DNA of 64,000 nucleotides from Podarcis muralis (GCF_964188315.1 NC_135659.1:40548001-40612000), one strand, 5' to 3'; shown: positions 14,901-27,515, numbered from the stretch's first letter. Numbers and translations: made by a program. Notes: generated from the letters alone by a model not told the origin.

Positions 14901-17900
14901 ATTGCACTTTCATCCTACTCATCCACTGCATTTGGAAAGCTGTACCTAACGAAATTTCTCATTTGCATACTATTTAAAAATACATGAGAATGCTGTAGTG
15001 TAATTTATCGGCTGCTTCAGGAATAAGCATGCCAATTCTTTCCTCTTACCTTCAGTGGGTTTTGAGGCGCCAGTGGCAAAATGCCTGGATGGAAGGACCC
15101 CTGGGTGGCAGCGTAATACGATGGCATGACTTGCAAGTAGCTACTGAAGTCCCCATACACGCCACTATCAGATTCCTACATGGAGAAAACACAGAAAGGG
15201 AAACACTATGGTTGCTGGCCACTGAACAGAAACGGAGACATATTTCCGGGAGAAACGATTAATCATAAATTCTGTGACAGAGGAGAGTATCAATGTGCAG
15301 GCAACCCCCAATTTGCGCAGGGGTTGCACTCATGATGTGTGCATGATGTGCGCAGAGGGTGCATAAGCCCCTTTGACCGTGCCTGCTTTTCCGGCCACTT
15401 CTGGGTCTCTGCAATGTGCACGTGTGCAGTCGCACCTCAAATGGACACACACAATTCTGTTGTTGCCTGTATTCAAAAGTAGTATAAGTTCCTTAAAGGC
15501 AAAGTATATCTGAGAATCCCCCTTTACTGTTTGGTGAGAGTATATTTTAATTTCTCAGACATCTGAGTCAGAAACATGGTCAGTACCAAACTTGGGAGAT
15601 GTTTTACCCCAAACACCAATAAAAACCAATTCATTCTGTTTTTCAGATGCTGTAACCTTTGCTACATCACCTTGTTAAAATGCTTCCCTAAAATCACAGG
15701 CATTTTGACAATGGTATTGAGATTTTGCTAGAGCCCAATGAACAATTTTCTTGATTTCCTGTGCCAAGATCAGCCAAGGAAAACTCAGGCAATTATAAAT
15801 GCAGAACATGAACATAAGAGGAATGCACCTCATTCCATTAAAGGAATGTTTCTACTACCAACAAATACCTATCCTATAAATACCCTGGATAATTTTCATT
15901 TACGAAAAGAATCCCGCAAAAAGGGAAATTCAGAATTCTATGGTTCACACTGCCTAGCCTATTATTTATTTTTTTCCTTTTAAGAAGGATAAGCTCAAGT
16001 TTGCAAAGAAAAAATAATAATTATTCAATTACTTCATGGCACACAGGTGTCCTGAAGATTCTGAAATATGCTTACTGAAAGAACTTCAGGGAGAAAATTA
16101 TAAGAAGTGCTATGTAATCTGTTACTTTGGTTGAATTTCAAAATCTATCCTTGTTTACTGACAACCTTGACACAGGCTGCTGGTGAAGCATACTGAATCA
16201 TCACCCACTTACCTCTGAGCCACCATTTTCTAATTCCCCTACTCTAGTTTGGATGGTATGGTATGCCTGGGCATATTGTTGATACCACTGCTGGACTGAA
16301 TCCTGCAAAAGACAAGGCAATTTTTAATTTATCAACTTCTGCAACTTCGCACCATGATTAATATGCTCGTTACGAGACATTAAAAGCACAAGCTTTGCAA
16401 AAACAAATACATATGCATGTTTTTGTTAATCTGGAATCAATCTGCTCCATCTGAATGCAAGAGAAAGTTAAGGTGGTGCTTTCTCTGCTCCCTCTAACTT
16501 ATTCTCTTTCATTTCCTATAACAAATCACTCAGCAATATTTTGTGTTTTTATATGTGCTTACCTAGTTGATTCCTTGATTTATCAGCTTTAGTCCCCCAA
16601 CAATATCTAACAGGTTTATAACTTTAAGGTTTTTCAGGAAGTACAGTACTGGAAAATGTTTAATACTCAGTGTCTTGAGATATTTTGACAATCATAATCC
16701 TATAATTTATGCAGTAATTTGCACAGCTACAGGAGAATTAATAGATTGGCTCCATCTATTAGGCACATCCTTTATTTTAGAAAGAAACCAATACAGTCCC
16801 TGTGACAAGTATTTCGATTTGTGGAAAACAGCTCAAAGCATGAGAAAATTCCTGCCAACCTATTCCAGCATCCTGTTCTCAGGACCTTACTTAGTGTAAC
16901 TGTTGTTGCAGTCATCCAAGTTTCTGCCTTTGCGTGCTTATCTATATTTCTCAAATGTAAAATCCTCTGTCTTGGCTGAAAGGTAACTTTGAGTATTACA
17001 GCAAATAATGCTTCTTGGCTAACAGGTTGTAATGTCTTTATAGACTTGGATGAGAATGTCAATGTGACACGAACTGACTTACACTCTGGCTTTTGAAAAT
17101 ATTTGCAAGACTAGCTGAAAACCAACCAGGCTGAAGTTGTCATGAGACCCATTTTTAATGACCTGTTGGCCTCTATTATGTAAACTGACTGTCCAGAAAA
17201 AAATAAAGAAGAGGATGAAAGGCCAACTAGAACTTGTGTAGGTTAGATAAATTGAGTTAAAACAGAAGACTAAATCCAAGTCTTGCCATGTGTTTAGCAA
17301 CATTCATCACAAGCTAAGGTAGAATTTACTTAGAATTGCTTGTTATGTCAATTTGTATATGAATAAATTTATCTTTTATTACATTTTCTTTTATAAATGC
17401 TGTATTTGGTGAATTAATCGTTAGTTTTGCTGCACCCTGGGCTTGCATAATCGATAACAAGCTAGTAGCTACAGTGTATTTATTTGAGGGAGGCTGGTCT
17501 GGTAAAAGCTAATTCAGCCCCATGTTCACAGAGAAAAAGGTGGCTTTCCCAGCAACATTCACAGTTCAGCACTTTCAGCATGGATTAAATAAATTATGAG
17601 AAATGCCAGTGAGAAACTTAATCAAACCAGCTGATTATCGAATGCTTTTAATTCTCTCTTTCAGGATTCAGTTGACTAAGCTGCTGTAGCAACTCAACTA
17701 GATCAACTTCCCCCAAGCCTTAAAACAGTGTTGTACATGTGTGTCTGCATGCCATAGCTACTTCTCATCAGTGTCAGAAACTTCCTGAGTGGAAAACAGT
17801 GCTGGTGATCCCTCTCGAGTTGTACTGGGTCTACAGGACATACTTTGCCATGTGGTTCCAGGTGCGCTATTAGCAGCACCTCACCAGTTTAGAACCATCT

Positions 17901-18434
17901 GCCTCGCTGTGCTTCCATATTAAATGGTGCTATTTGTTTCTACTCCCATTAAATGTATGAAAAGCTGCTGACAGCAGGATTGTCTGCCAGCAGAGACCTA
18001 CAGAATCCTGCTGTCAACAGTTTCCACAATTAGCACAGCGACACACACAAGGCAGAGCAGGCACTTTAGAAGAAAGCAAATTCACAAGAACTAAAAAAGT
18101 GGCAAAATGCAGACAGGTAATAGTTATACTTTCCCCCTCAATGTTCTATTCAAAACCGAGACATAAACCATTTTATTCAACTTTATCAGTTTCCTGCACA
18201 GAAAGGTTCATGACTCTATGAATAGTATTGCAAAGCTTATACCATCCCTTACATCATACAAAACATTTACCAGCTAGAAATCTGACTCACTGCCTGATGC
18301 TTTTAATGCATGATAATTTATGGGTCTCCTTAAATGCTCATCCGTCTATAACCAGTCATGCTTTTATAACAAACTCTGACCCAAACAATACACAGCGCCA
18401 CCAGCTGCAATGAAACCATATTCAAGCCACATAC

Positions 18435-18583
18435 CTGTGTGTAATCCTCATACTGCGGTGAATAGTTAAAATAGCTTTCCACCGGTTGTTGCGCTGTGGT
18501 TCCCTGAGCAGCTGCAGCACTGAGTGAGTTATTTGAAAGTCCGGCCTGCTGCTTAGTATTACTGGCTTTGCTGGCAATTGCTG
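18435..18583 (-). CDS. RAVER2: RAVER2 exon 11 (AIASKASNTKQQAGLSNNSLSAAAAQGTTAQQPVESYFNYSPQYEDYTQ)
   Basis: Tandem GAG/CAG/CAG acceptor (5' boundary uncertain by 3 nt), CAG|gtatgt donor; weak but colinear similarity to RAVER2 and correct phases. Confidence 0.8.
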
Positions 18584-19922
18584 CTGCTCAAAGAAGGGGA
18601 AAAAAAGCATTCTTACATGTCCTATAAGATCAAAAACAAGGCTTCATCTAAAACAGAATGTTCACCATCAATCCATAGCCCCAAAGGCCAAAGCTAGGCT
18701 GAAAAGGGAAGGAGTGATGTTGAGCACTTGGTTATCACCCTGATTGAAGATCTTATTCTTCATCGAAGTATAAGTTCCCATGAAATACTGGCAGTAATAC
18801 AGAACAGGGCAATTTTGCTGCCTAATCAATGGCTTCTCTCTTAATTAATATCAGAATCTAGGCCTCGATTGGAAGCCTCTCCCAACACTTGGGAAGAGAT
18901 ACACCAGGTGTTTAAGTCTGCATAAATCTTTTCTGTCTTTTCACTACTATTCTGCCTTCTATATATGCTTCTGTATCACCATGGAGCCCTAGGTTCCTGA
19001 TTAAAAGGGGTAGGCTGTAGTCATTTACTTAAAGTTATAACTGGGACTCACAGTTCCTCTGCTTCCGATATCTAGGGAGCATGACAGACAGATGGTAAGG
19101 CACCAGGCCAGATCAAATGCAGAGGCTCAGAGGCTTTTTGTAGAGGCGAAACAGGGGGTAAGGAGGACCCCACCTTCTGATTAGCTCCTGCAAATGCTCT
19201 CTTAAGGCTGTTTTCCCCTCAGCCAGGAACCTAGCTGGGAGAAAATGAGCTAAAAATGGCATAGAGCATTTGTGGTGAACAATCAGTGGAATACGCAAAG
19301 CACTAGGACTGCCAATTCTCACCATAAATGCCTCCCCACCTCTGCGCATTTGCACAAGGATGGAAACCCCCATGTTTGTCTCATAATGGGTAAGCTCTGG
19401 CCTTAGGGCTAAACTGCATATTATGTTGGAGCTTTGTTTTTGGTGCTTCCAAGTAAATCCTTTCTGTAAAAACAGCTATAGCGGACTCCCATTTTTAACT
19501 GGGACTATGGGCATTCAGTGAGGGTTGTCCCACTGTACCCTACCCTATTGCAGTTCTGAAACTCACACACACACATAGTTGCAATTAGCTACAGAGGCAA
19601 AACAGAATTAAATTAAGACACACATTTCCCCTTGCAACTCATGGAGCGGAGGCTTTGGTGTGCACAGAAAGGATTAAGATACAGGCCGCCACCTCACCCG
19701 TGTGCCTAATCCAAAGTGGGTGGGCCCTCCTGCCGCTTGGCAAGTCAACATAACATGTAGTATTTGGGCTTTCGTTATCAGCATTTTCTTGGCGTTAAAG
19801 AGGTGGAACACTGACTGTTATGTGCAATGCAACTTGTTCAAGACACACAGTTTAGTTGAGACTGTGGATGAGTTAGTTTGATCATATGAAATTAGATTAA
19901 GAAGGCAAAATCCAGTGAAGGT

Positions 19923-20166
19923 GAGTGGTGCATGCTCTAGTAATCTCCCGCTTGGATTACTGCAACGCACTCTACGTGGGGCTACCTTTGAAGGTGACCC
20001 AGAAACTACAATTAATCCAGAATGCGACTGGTGACTGGGAGTGGCCGCCGAGACCACATAACACGGTCCTGAAAGAACTACATTGGCTCCCAGTACGTTT
20101 CCGGGCACAATTCAAAGCGTTGGTGCTGACCTTTAAAGCCCTAAACAGCCTCGGCCCAGTATGCCT
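19923..20166 (+). mobile_element. L2-clade LINE ORF2 C-terminal fragment
   Basis: [33 protein letters not shown]...[13 protein letters not shown]. Confidence 0.85.
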
Positions 20167-20328
20167 GATAATTGTTTCTTGTAATGGTAATCTTCTTAAA
20201 ATGAAATATTTCTTTTTAAATAATTTGAAATACCGGGGTCGCTGGCATTATTTACAACTACAGTAACCACACTCCCCCTCCTGAGAAAACCCAAGGGTTG
20301 CCTTCAGAGGCACCCGTTACCTGCTTAC

Positions 20329-20440
20329 CTGAAAGACAGACTGAAGGCAGCACACTTGCCAAGTTCAAGTAGGGATTGGTACTCAGATGGATTTCCTTGG
20401 GAGGTTCTCCCAGCAGAGAGGTCTGGTTTTTTGAAGAACT
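20329..20440 (-). CDS. RAVER2: RAVER2 exon 10 ([37 protein letters not shown])
   Basis: ttcag acceptor, CAG|gtaagc donor; SLLGEPP PTB-interaction (PRI) motif. Confidence 0.95.
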
Positions 20441-20821
20441 CTGAAGTAAAAAGCGAATAAAATGTCGACACTTCTACTACAGGTTGAACAACATAAAAAA
20501 ACCCACACACATTTTGAACAGATATTGAAATTAAACATCCTATTAGGGAAATTTTACTTCTCATAACATAGACTCAAAGAGCTGAAGAGACTAAGGCTGC
20601 AATTCTATAATCCTATATAAGGAAGGAAACAGTAAATCAGCATTATGGGAATCAGCTGTTTAGGGTGGGTGCCTATGTGCAGAGATGAAGAAAGAAAATG
20701 GGTATAAAAATAAACAAAACCAAAAAAAAGGGTCCAAGAATGATATTCAGCTGTGCTATCCTGTTTGTGCAGTGGACTTCTGCTTCTATAAATGGGATTT
20801 AACCCTTCCTCTCTTCCTCAC

Positions 20822-21367
20822 CCTCCTTCATGGATCACTGCCTTGTCATGGGAGAAAAGCAATGACAAACCTAGACAGCATCTTAAAAAGCAGAAACATC
20901 ATCTTGCCGACAAAGGTCCGTATAGTAAAAGCTATGATTTCCCAGTAGTGATGTATGGAAGTGAGAGCTGGACCATAAAGAAGGCTGATCGCCGAAGAAT
21001 TGGTGCTTTTGAATTATGGTGCTGGAGGAGACTCTTTGAGAGTTCCATGGACTGCAAAAAGACCAAACCTATCCATTCTGAAGGAAATCAGCCCTGAGTG
21101 CTCACTGGAAGGACAGATCCTGAAGATGAGGCTCCAATACTTTGGCCACCTCATGAGAAGAGAATACTCCCTGGAAAAGACCCTGATGTTGGGAAAGATT
21201 GAGGGCACAAGGAGAAGGGGACAACAGAGGACGAGATGGTTGGATAGTGTTCTCGGAGCTACCAGCATGAGTTTGACCAAACTGCGGGAGGCAGTGGAAG
21301 ACAGGAGTGCCTGGTGTGCTCTGGTCCATGGGGTCACGAAGAGTCGGACATGACTAAACAACAACAA
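20822..21367 (+). mobile_element. BovB/RTE LINE derivative (3' end with (CAA)n tail plus short 5'-UTR-like piece)
   Basis: TNLDSILKSR..PVVMYGSESWTIKKA..FELWCWRR..KTLMLGKIEG..HGVTKSRT; 11-bp TSD CTCTTCCTCAC (20811-20821, 21368-21378). Confidence 0.92.
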
Positions 21368-22185
21368 CTCTTCCTCACTACATTATCCTCATTTATGTAT
21401 TCTCTGGTGTTGTTGGGAGGCACACCCAGAGCAGATGTGAGCAGGACATGGGAGAGGAGCAAGAGGAAGTTGCATTTCATTTACAGGCGCCATATTGAAT
21501 CCTGCCCCCAGTCTTAATTTTCATAAGTTGTGTACGCATAAGGCGTGAATGGATAAGAATTGCATGGCTCTTCCTCACTTTCCAGTCATTGTTTCTTGAA
21601 AGACAAAGGAAGAACCACAGGCCAGGTTTGTATCAACACAGCAAAAACATACATCTATTTACTCCTAGCGGATGCCTTGCAAACCACCACTTACATGGAA
21701 ATTATGTTAATGCAAAAAGGCTCCAGTTAAAAATGTGTTTCCAAAGTAACCTGCATTTATTCCTTGCCCAGGAATAAACACTCTTCTCTCTCCATAACAC
21801 TCTTGATATGACTAAAAGCAATTGAGATTTCAAGTCTTGGTTAAGATTTTATGGGGTTTTTTGGTGTTTTTGTTGTAGTTGTAGTTGAAAGAGACCCTGA
21901 GGGTCATCTAGTCAAACCTCCTGGAATGCAGGAATCACAACAAAAGCATCCATTATCAATAGCCATATTTATGCATTCATTTGTTCGTTCATTTATTTAA
22001 GCCTGTTTCAGATAATTGCAGTGCTGCACTGTGGTTAATACAGGCAGTGGAATTCAGTGCAATCAATGTAAAATGCTGATGATATCGTGACCTAACTCTT
22101 CTTAACTGCAGTTTAGAAAGCCCATTTAATTATCTCTGCACTGGTCCCAATGCACTGTTTTGAAATTTTAACTAAATATAATATA

Positions 22186-22543
22186 GGTAAAGGTACCACT
22201 GCCCGTACGGGCCAGTCGTGACCGACTCTGGGGTTGCGTGCTCATCTCGCTTAAGAGGCCGGGAGCCAGCGCTGTCTGGAGACACTTCCGGGTCACATGG
22301 CCAGCGTGACGAAGCTGCTCTGGCGAGCCAGCACCAGCGCAGCGCACGGAAACGCCGTTACCTTCCCGCTATAAAGCGGTACCTATTTATCTACTTGCAC
22401 TTAGGGGTGCTTTCAAACTGCTAGGTGGGCAGGAGCTGGGACCGAACGATGGGAGCTCACCCCGCCGCGGGGATTCGAACCGCCGACCATACGATCGGCA
22501 AGTCCTAGGCACTGAGGTTTTACCCACAGCGCCACCCGCGTCC
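22186..22543 (-). mobile_element. Sauria SINE, full length
   Basis: tRNA-derived head GGACGCGGGTGGCGCTGTGGG, B-box GGTTCGAATCC-like, ACCTTT-type tail; TSD AAATATAATATA. Confidence 0.9.
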
Positions 22544-22818
22544 AAAAATATAATATACTTTACATTATAAAAGAAACATTGATTATCTATACATCAGATT
22601 CTGCTGCATAATAAAACCCCCACATAGAATTATTACAAATATAAAATTTCAGCTGGGTAGTTATTATTAAACAGCACTAACATGTCATCTCCTGCAAGAA
22701 TAAGAGAAGTGGTTTTAAATTCATGTGAAATTAAGAATGAACAGTAATGGAAATATTACACTAACGTGTTATTTCCTATGGACTTTAACAACACCAACAC
22801 GCGAATGGAACTGCAATA

Positions 22819-23060
22819 CAGTCGTACTTGGGATCCCAAACATCTTGGTACTCAAGACTTTTCGGCTCTCAAATGCTGCAAACCCAGAAGTGAGTGTTCC
22901 AGTTTGCGAACATTCTTTGGAACCAGAACATCCAGTGGGGCTTCCGATTGGCTGCAGGAACTTCCTGCAAGCAATCAGAAGCCATGCTTTGGTTTCCAAA
23001 TGTTTTGGAATCCAAACAGACTTCCGGAACGCATTCCATTTGACTTCCAAGGTACGACTG
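22819..23060. mobile_element. Tc1/mariner (pogo/Tigger-like) MITE
   Basis: TA|CAGTCGTACTTGG ... CCAAGGTACGACTG|TA. Confidence 0.85.
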
Positions 23061-23199
23061 TACTGAACTTATAAAATTTATACACCTCTTGAATATAAAG
23101 AGAAGCAAAATAAAATCGAAGCAGTTTACAATGATAATAAAAAAAAGTTATCGTAAAAACACCCAAGTTTTAAAAACATTTTTTTTCAAAACTTCTTAC

Positions 23200-23465
23200 C
23201 CCCAAGCTTGAATCTGGGCTCTTTGCCTGGCCTTGTTGCTTGAGATGTCCTGCCCGTAGGCCTCCAGCAGCGACATTTGGTAAGCTTTGCAGGTAACCCT
23301 GGGACCCTGAGCCAGTGCCTTCTGTCAGTCCTACTGCGGTTGACAGCTTGTCCTGCGTGTTGTTTTGCCTTGGCACTGCTTGTCCAGATACATGCTGATT
23401 TGGAAAGAATGGCAACATGCCAATCCCTGTTGCAACCGGCGTTTGAGCTGCAGTCCGATTAGATA
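23200..23465 (-). CDS. RAVER2: RAVER2 exon 9 (SNRTAAQTPVATGIGMLPFFPNQHVSGQ...DSSLG)
   Basis: Branch-like CTAAT, pyrimidine tract, gcag acceptor; GGG|gtaaga donor; GMLPFFPNQH matches RAVER2. Confidence 0.9.
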
Positions 23466-24209
23466 CTGCGCAGCCAACCATAAATGGAAAAAAAGGAAGC
23501 TATATTAGGCAAGAATTATTACTAGAACATCATGCTCATGTTGCTTATTATGTGAAAAGCACTGAGAAATCTATTTAAATGATTGCAGCAGAAAAGATAA
23601 TTCTAGTGGCGGGCAAGGAAATACATTAAAACTCAAAAGACTCTCTAACTTTGCTATTTATACAACTGGTCTTACACCTTAACCGTTGCTAGCGACTGAA
23701 AAGGGGGATCTTGTGCTTTAAAATTTCACAGAGAAGAATTAAAAGAGGATGCCTTAGGCAAGAAAGCATTAGGACGAATCTTCTGTGGTGAAGGAGAAAG
23801 CTACGGCTCTTCATACCTTAAAAGATCTGAATTGTCAGTAATATGGGAGCCACCATCTGCTAACAAGAGGAACATAGACATAGACTCCTTCCAGAACTGC
23901 CATCACATACTGGCCATTCCAGCCCAGCAGTATGTCAGTCCACCTCCTCTTTATTACAGAGGAAACAATTTGGACCAGCCACGCTTTCCTTCAGGCCCTC
24001 CTGCCCCTGCCCCCGTTTCCTGTCCGTCCACCCCACCCCCGAGCCATGGGACTAGCCAAGAGGGGGCAGGGAGGGGCAGCTGCCACCCTGGATCAAGCAA
24101 AACAATAGAAATACTTAACTGACCAATCACGACAGTCCTGCCCACCCCCCCAAATCCTGGCTACGCCCATGCCCCCATTCCAAAGACATTCATAGTTCTG
24201 TAACTAAAC

Positions 24210-24882
24210 CAGTGTTTCCCAACCGGTGTTCCGCGGCACACTAGTGTGCCGCGAGACGTTGCCTGGTGTGCCGTGGGAGGGAGGCGGGCGAGTCGGGCGG
24301 CGGCGGCGAGGATCCGTGTCGAGCCGGGGGCGGCTCCGCGGTGGTGGTGCCGAGGTTTCTCTCTCCATTCTCCCCTCACGCACACACACACAGGAAATAA
24401 CACAGGATCAGCTGACAGGACCCGGCCAATGGGGCGGCGGCGGGGCAGCGCGCGCAAAAGGGAGGAGCGCGAGACAGCGGACGAGGAGGAGGCCGGCATG
24501 TCCGGGCAGCAGCAGCAACAACAGCAGCAGCAACTCCCGGCGACGGCTCCTCAAGCCCCGGGCAACCCTACTCCCTCACCGGCCTCGGCCGCCCTCCTGC
24601 TCCACCCGCCGCCGCCTCCCCCGCCGCCGCCGGCCACCTCGGCCCCGCCGCCGCCCCCTCCTCCGCCCGCTATCGCCGCCACCACCACAACAGCCGCCGC
24701 CGCCTCAGCTGGGCCCATGCCTGCCGGGAGCGGCGGCGGCAGCAGCAGCAGCAGCGCCCCGGCGCCCTTCCCTTCCGGCGTGACGCTGCGCGCTGACGTC
24801 ACGGGGCTGTAATGGTGATGTGCCTCGAGATTTTTTTCATCAAACAAGTGTGCCTTTGCCCAAAAAAGGTTGGGAAACACTG
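24210..24882 (+). mobile_element. Non-autonomous hAT (Charlie-like) Pack-TIR element, copy 1, carrying a RANBP9 5' fragment
   Basis: 15-bp TIR CAGTGTTTCCCAACC / GGTTGGGAAACACTG; 8-bp TSD AACTAAAC (24202-24209, 24883-24890); no transposase; GC-rich cargo. Confidence 0.95.
24498..24773 (+). pseudogene. RANBP9: Captured RANBP9 exon-1 coding fragment (MSGQQQQQQQQQL...SAALLLHPPPPPPPPPATSAPPPPPPPP...APAPFP); ORF open to 24812
   Basis: Motif order matches the recalled human RanBP9 N-terminus (MSGQ, polyQ-L, AAALLLHPPPPPPPAT, APFP). Confidence 0.85.
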
Positions 24883-25039
24883 AACTAAACAGGGTGTGAC
24901 AGAAGAAGTGGGAAATGCAAAACATGGAAGCCTCTTTAAGGAACATGGGTAGAATTGGAGGCGGAGCTTTCATTAAGACAATTTTTTTTAAAAATACATG
25001 GCGATACGCCCATTGTTTTTTCTGCTGCCTTCTTCCACA

Positions 25040-25148
25040 CATGCCAAGGTTGTGTGTTTGATCCCTGTATGGGACAACTGCATAGTTCTGCATTTGGTTT
25101 GGACTGGATGATACTCAGGGTCCCTTCTAACTCTGCAATTCTATGATT
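25040..25148 (+). mobile_element. SINE/CR1-tail fragment (related pieces near 2420-2490, 21885-21950, 48651-48735)
   Basis: GGACTGGATGATACTCAGGGTCCCTTCTAACTCT...ATTCTATGATT CR1-type 3' end. Confidence 0.7.
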
Positions 25149-25806
25149 ATTTAACTTTATCCTATAACAGGATTGCAGTCCCTCTACCAGGTATTTGAAA
25201 TCCACCATGGCAAACAACCATAGCTACCCATAAACTGTCTTTGTTAAACATTCTTGTTTCTAACACAGTTGCTAAAACAAAGCCAAGAGCATGCTATCTA
25301 AAGGGGCTGCTGTTCTTAATTATATATGCACTGTGGGAAATCCTTTTTTTAGCTCAAGGGCCACATTCCCTCATGGACAACCTTCCAGGGGCCACGTGCA
25401 AAAGTGGGCGGAGCAACAACTATGGCTCTTTACCATGGTTCAGTGGGCTGCATTGTACAACAGGCTACAGTCCTACCACATAAAAAGTCAGAGGTATCTG
25501 CATGCACCCACACCCCTCCACACAAACACTGTTCAATTCAGGCAAGCGAGAGCCATTTACACAGTTCAAAGACACATTCGAGGCAGAGAAAAGCACTTGC
25601 GCAACAGGTCCATTGAGGGTCATAACCCTGAAACAGAGGGCCACCCATGGCCAAGGAATGTGCCCTGGGAAAGAGTCCTGAAAGCCAAGACTGAAGGGCC
25701 TGGAAAGCTGCATTAGGCTTCCAGGACTGAGGTTCACCACCTGAGTCAGAAGCATATTTTTGAAGCGGGCGTTTGCTACTATAACAGCAATCAAAATGTT
25801 ACTTGC

Positions 25807-25918
25807 AATTGCGTGCTTCTCCGTGACTCCCCATGTCTGTGGTCACTGATGGCACAGCACCCATTCCTAACATTGTCTGAAGCAGCACACCTGGAGGCTC
25901 TCCAAGCAAGCCTGGTTT
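25807..25918 (-). CDS. RAVER2: RAVER2 exon 8 (KPGLLGEPPGVLLQTMLGMGAVPSVTTDMGSHGEARN), inferred GC donor
   Basis: ttgcag|AAA acceptor; GLLGEPP PRI motif; a phase-1 end fits only at T|gcaagt. Confidence 0.85.
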
Positions 25919-26177
25919 CTGCAAAGAAGTACAAAAGAATTGCATACGTTTAAGAGATGCCTTAGTAGACTTTGTTTCTTAGCCTTTCAAATGCAGGTAA
26001 TTTATTTGAGTATACTACTGGATTAACAGGAGACCAAAGAAACAAGGAAACATTTCGTGTGCGACAAGATAACATTCTCTAGGAGGAAGACTTCCCCACT
26101 TTTTATCTAATCCAGAATTACAGACTAAAGGAGATTAACTACAGGTTTATTATGGTCAGTCTAAGTTTTCAACTCAC

Positions 26178-26276
26178 ACTATTTGTCTGAATATTCTCAA
26201 TCTTCGCTAGTTGTGCCAGCTGTAAATTGGAAAGGTTCTGTAGCAGCAAACTAGATGCATTTCCAAGAACTGGTCC
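26178..26276 (-). CDS. RAVER2: RAVER2 exon 7 (GPVLGNASSLLLQNLSNLQLAQLAKIENIQTNS)
   Basis: acag|GGA acceptor, AGT|gtgagt donor; 99 bp, in frame. Confidence 0.9.
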
Positions 26277-27365
26277 CTGTCAGTTTAAAGTGGGAGGGGA
26301 GAAATGAGTTATATATGAAACCAGCATTATTCAGATACAGAAGAAGAAATATTTTCATATGTCTGTCAGAAAACTCTACAATCTCAGTTTAAAGAAAGGT
26401 AAATTCAAGGGCTACATTAATTAACTGCTTTTGTCAATTCACAATTCTGTTAAGAGGTTATTTAAAGTTACTCTATTATTCAGGATAGTCTCCATTATAA
26501 AGTGGAAGAACTATCTATTCCCTTCTTTTTTATACTACCTTAAGTCCCCTGCAGCAATCACTTTGAACCTCAAAGCATTTAATCTGCTCCCCCGCTCCCC
26601 TCAATGCTTGTTTCAATAGATGATATTGGACTTATACATTCTTCAAACCAAACAACTTTATCAAAAACACATTTGGAAGTAAACTGCAGTATAACACAGA
26701 TAAAGGGAGCTGCCAACTTTCTTCAACCAATTACATAAAAACAAAACCACTGGATTCTAAAGAAGCTGCAGCAATTTAAATTAGTCAGGAGTTAAGTATA
26801 AAAATAAATCTTTCAGCAATGATATCACAAGTATGGTGTTAAACAAAATATAGCTGATTATATGACAGTTTAATTAATCTTTCTGGGTCAAGTTTAATGA
26901 CTCATTTAAACCATAATTCTTCCGTTAAGTATAATCAGGGCATAATTCTGTTGCAAAGTAAAAGCACCTCCTTGTTTGGTCGTTGCATACCTAATCCAAG
27001 GCAGAATTCTCAAGGCTCATCATTCAGACTCTGACTACAGTCAAACATGCCTCCTCACTGTGATTTGAGGAAAGGCATTCCTGCTCCTTTGCAAAGCAGT
27101 TACATAATTGGCAAAGACCATAGAGATAAACACCAATGACATGTATTTGGGAAAGGGTTACTTTTTAAAATGCAACCATGCAACATGTTTCCAGTGATAC
27201 TTCCGGGGGGCGGGGAGCAATTTTATTTGGGTATAAATCAAAGTCCTACATAATAGCGGTAACAGCTAACACCTACACAACTTTAGCAGTTACACTTCCA
27301 AATGCAGAAGTGTGATTGACCCTCTGATCTGCCGAGTGTGAATCAACTGCATATCACGTTATACC

Positions 27366-27368
<3 letters not shown>

Positions 27369-27412
<44 letters not shown>
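27369..27412. repeat. (TC)n microsatellite
   Basis: Direct reading. Confidence 0.95.
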
Positions 27413-27414
<2 letters not shown>

Positions 27415-27515
27415 GGTTTAGAAAACAAACAAAAACAAACATCCTCATGCTTCAGCATATTTCTAGAAAAGTGAAGCAAGACTTATTCTCTTTAGATTCA
27501 TGTTGCCTTATAGAC

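Noticed and set aside
22440-22543. tRNA gene
   Set aside because: A/B-box-like sequence is the head of a Sauria SINE; no full cloverleaf.
24161-25093. Other Arg/Pro/Gly-rich ORFs in and around the Pack-hAT copies (also 27500-28320)
   Set aside because: Shadow frames of GC-rich triplet repeats; only one frame matches RANBP9.
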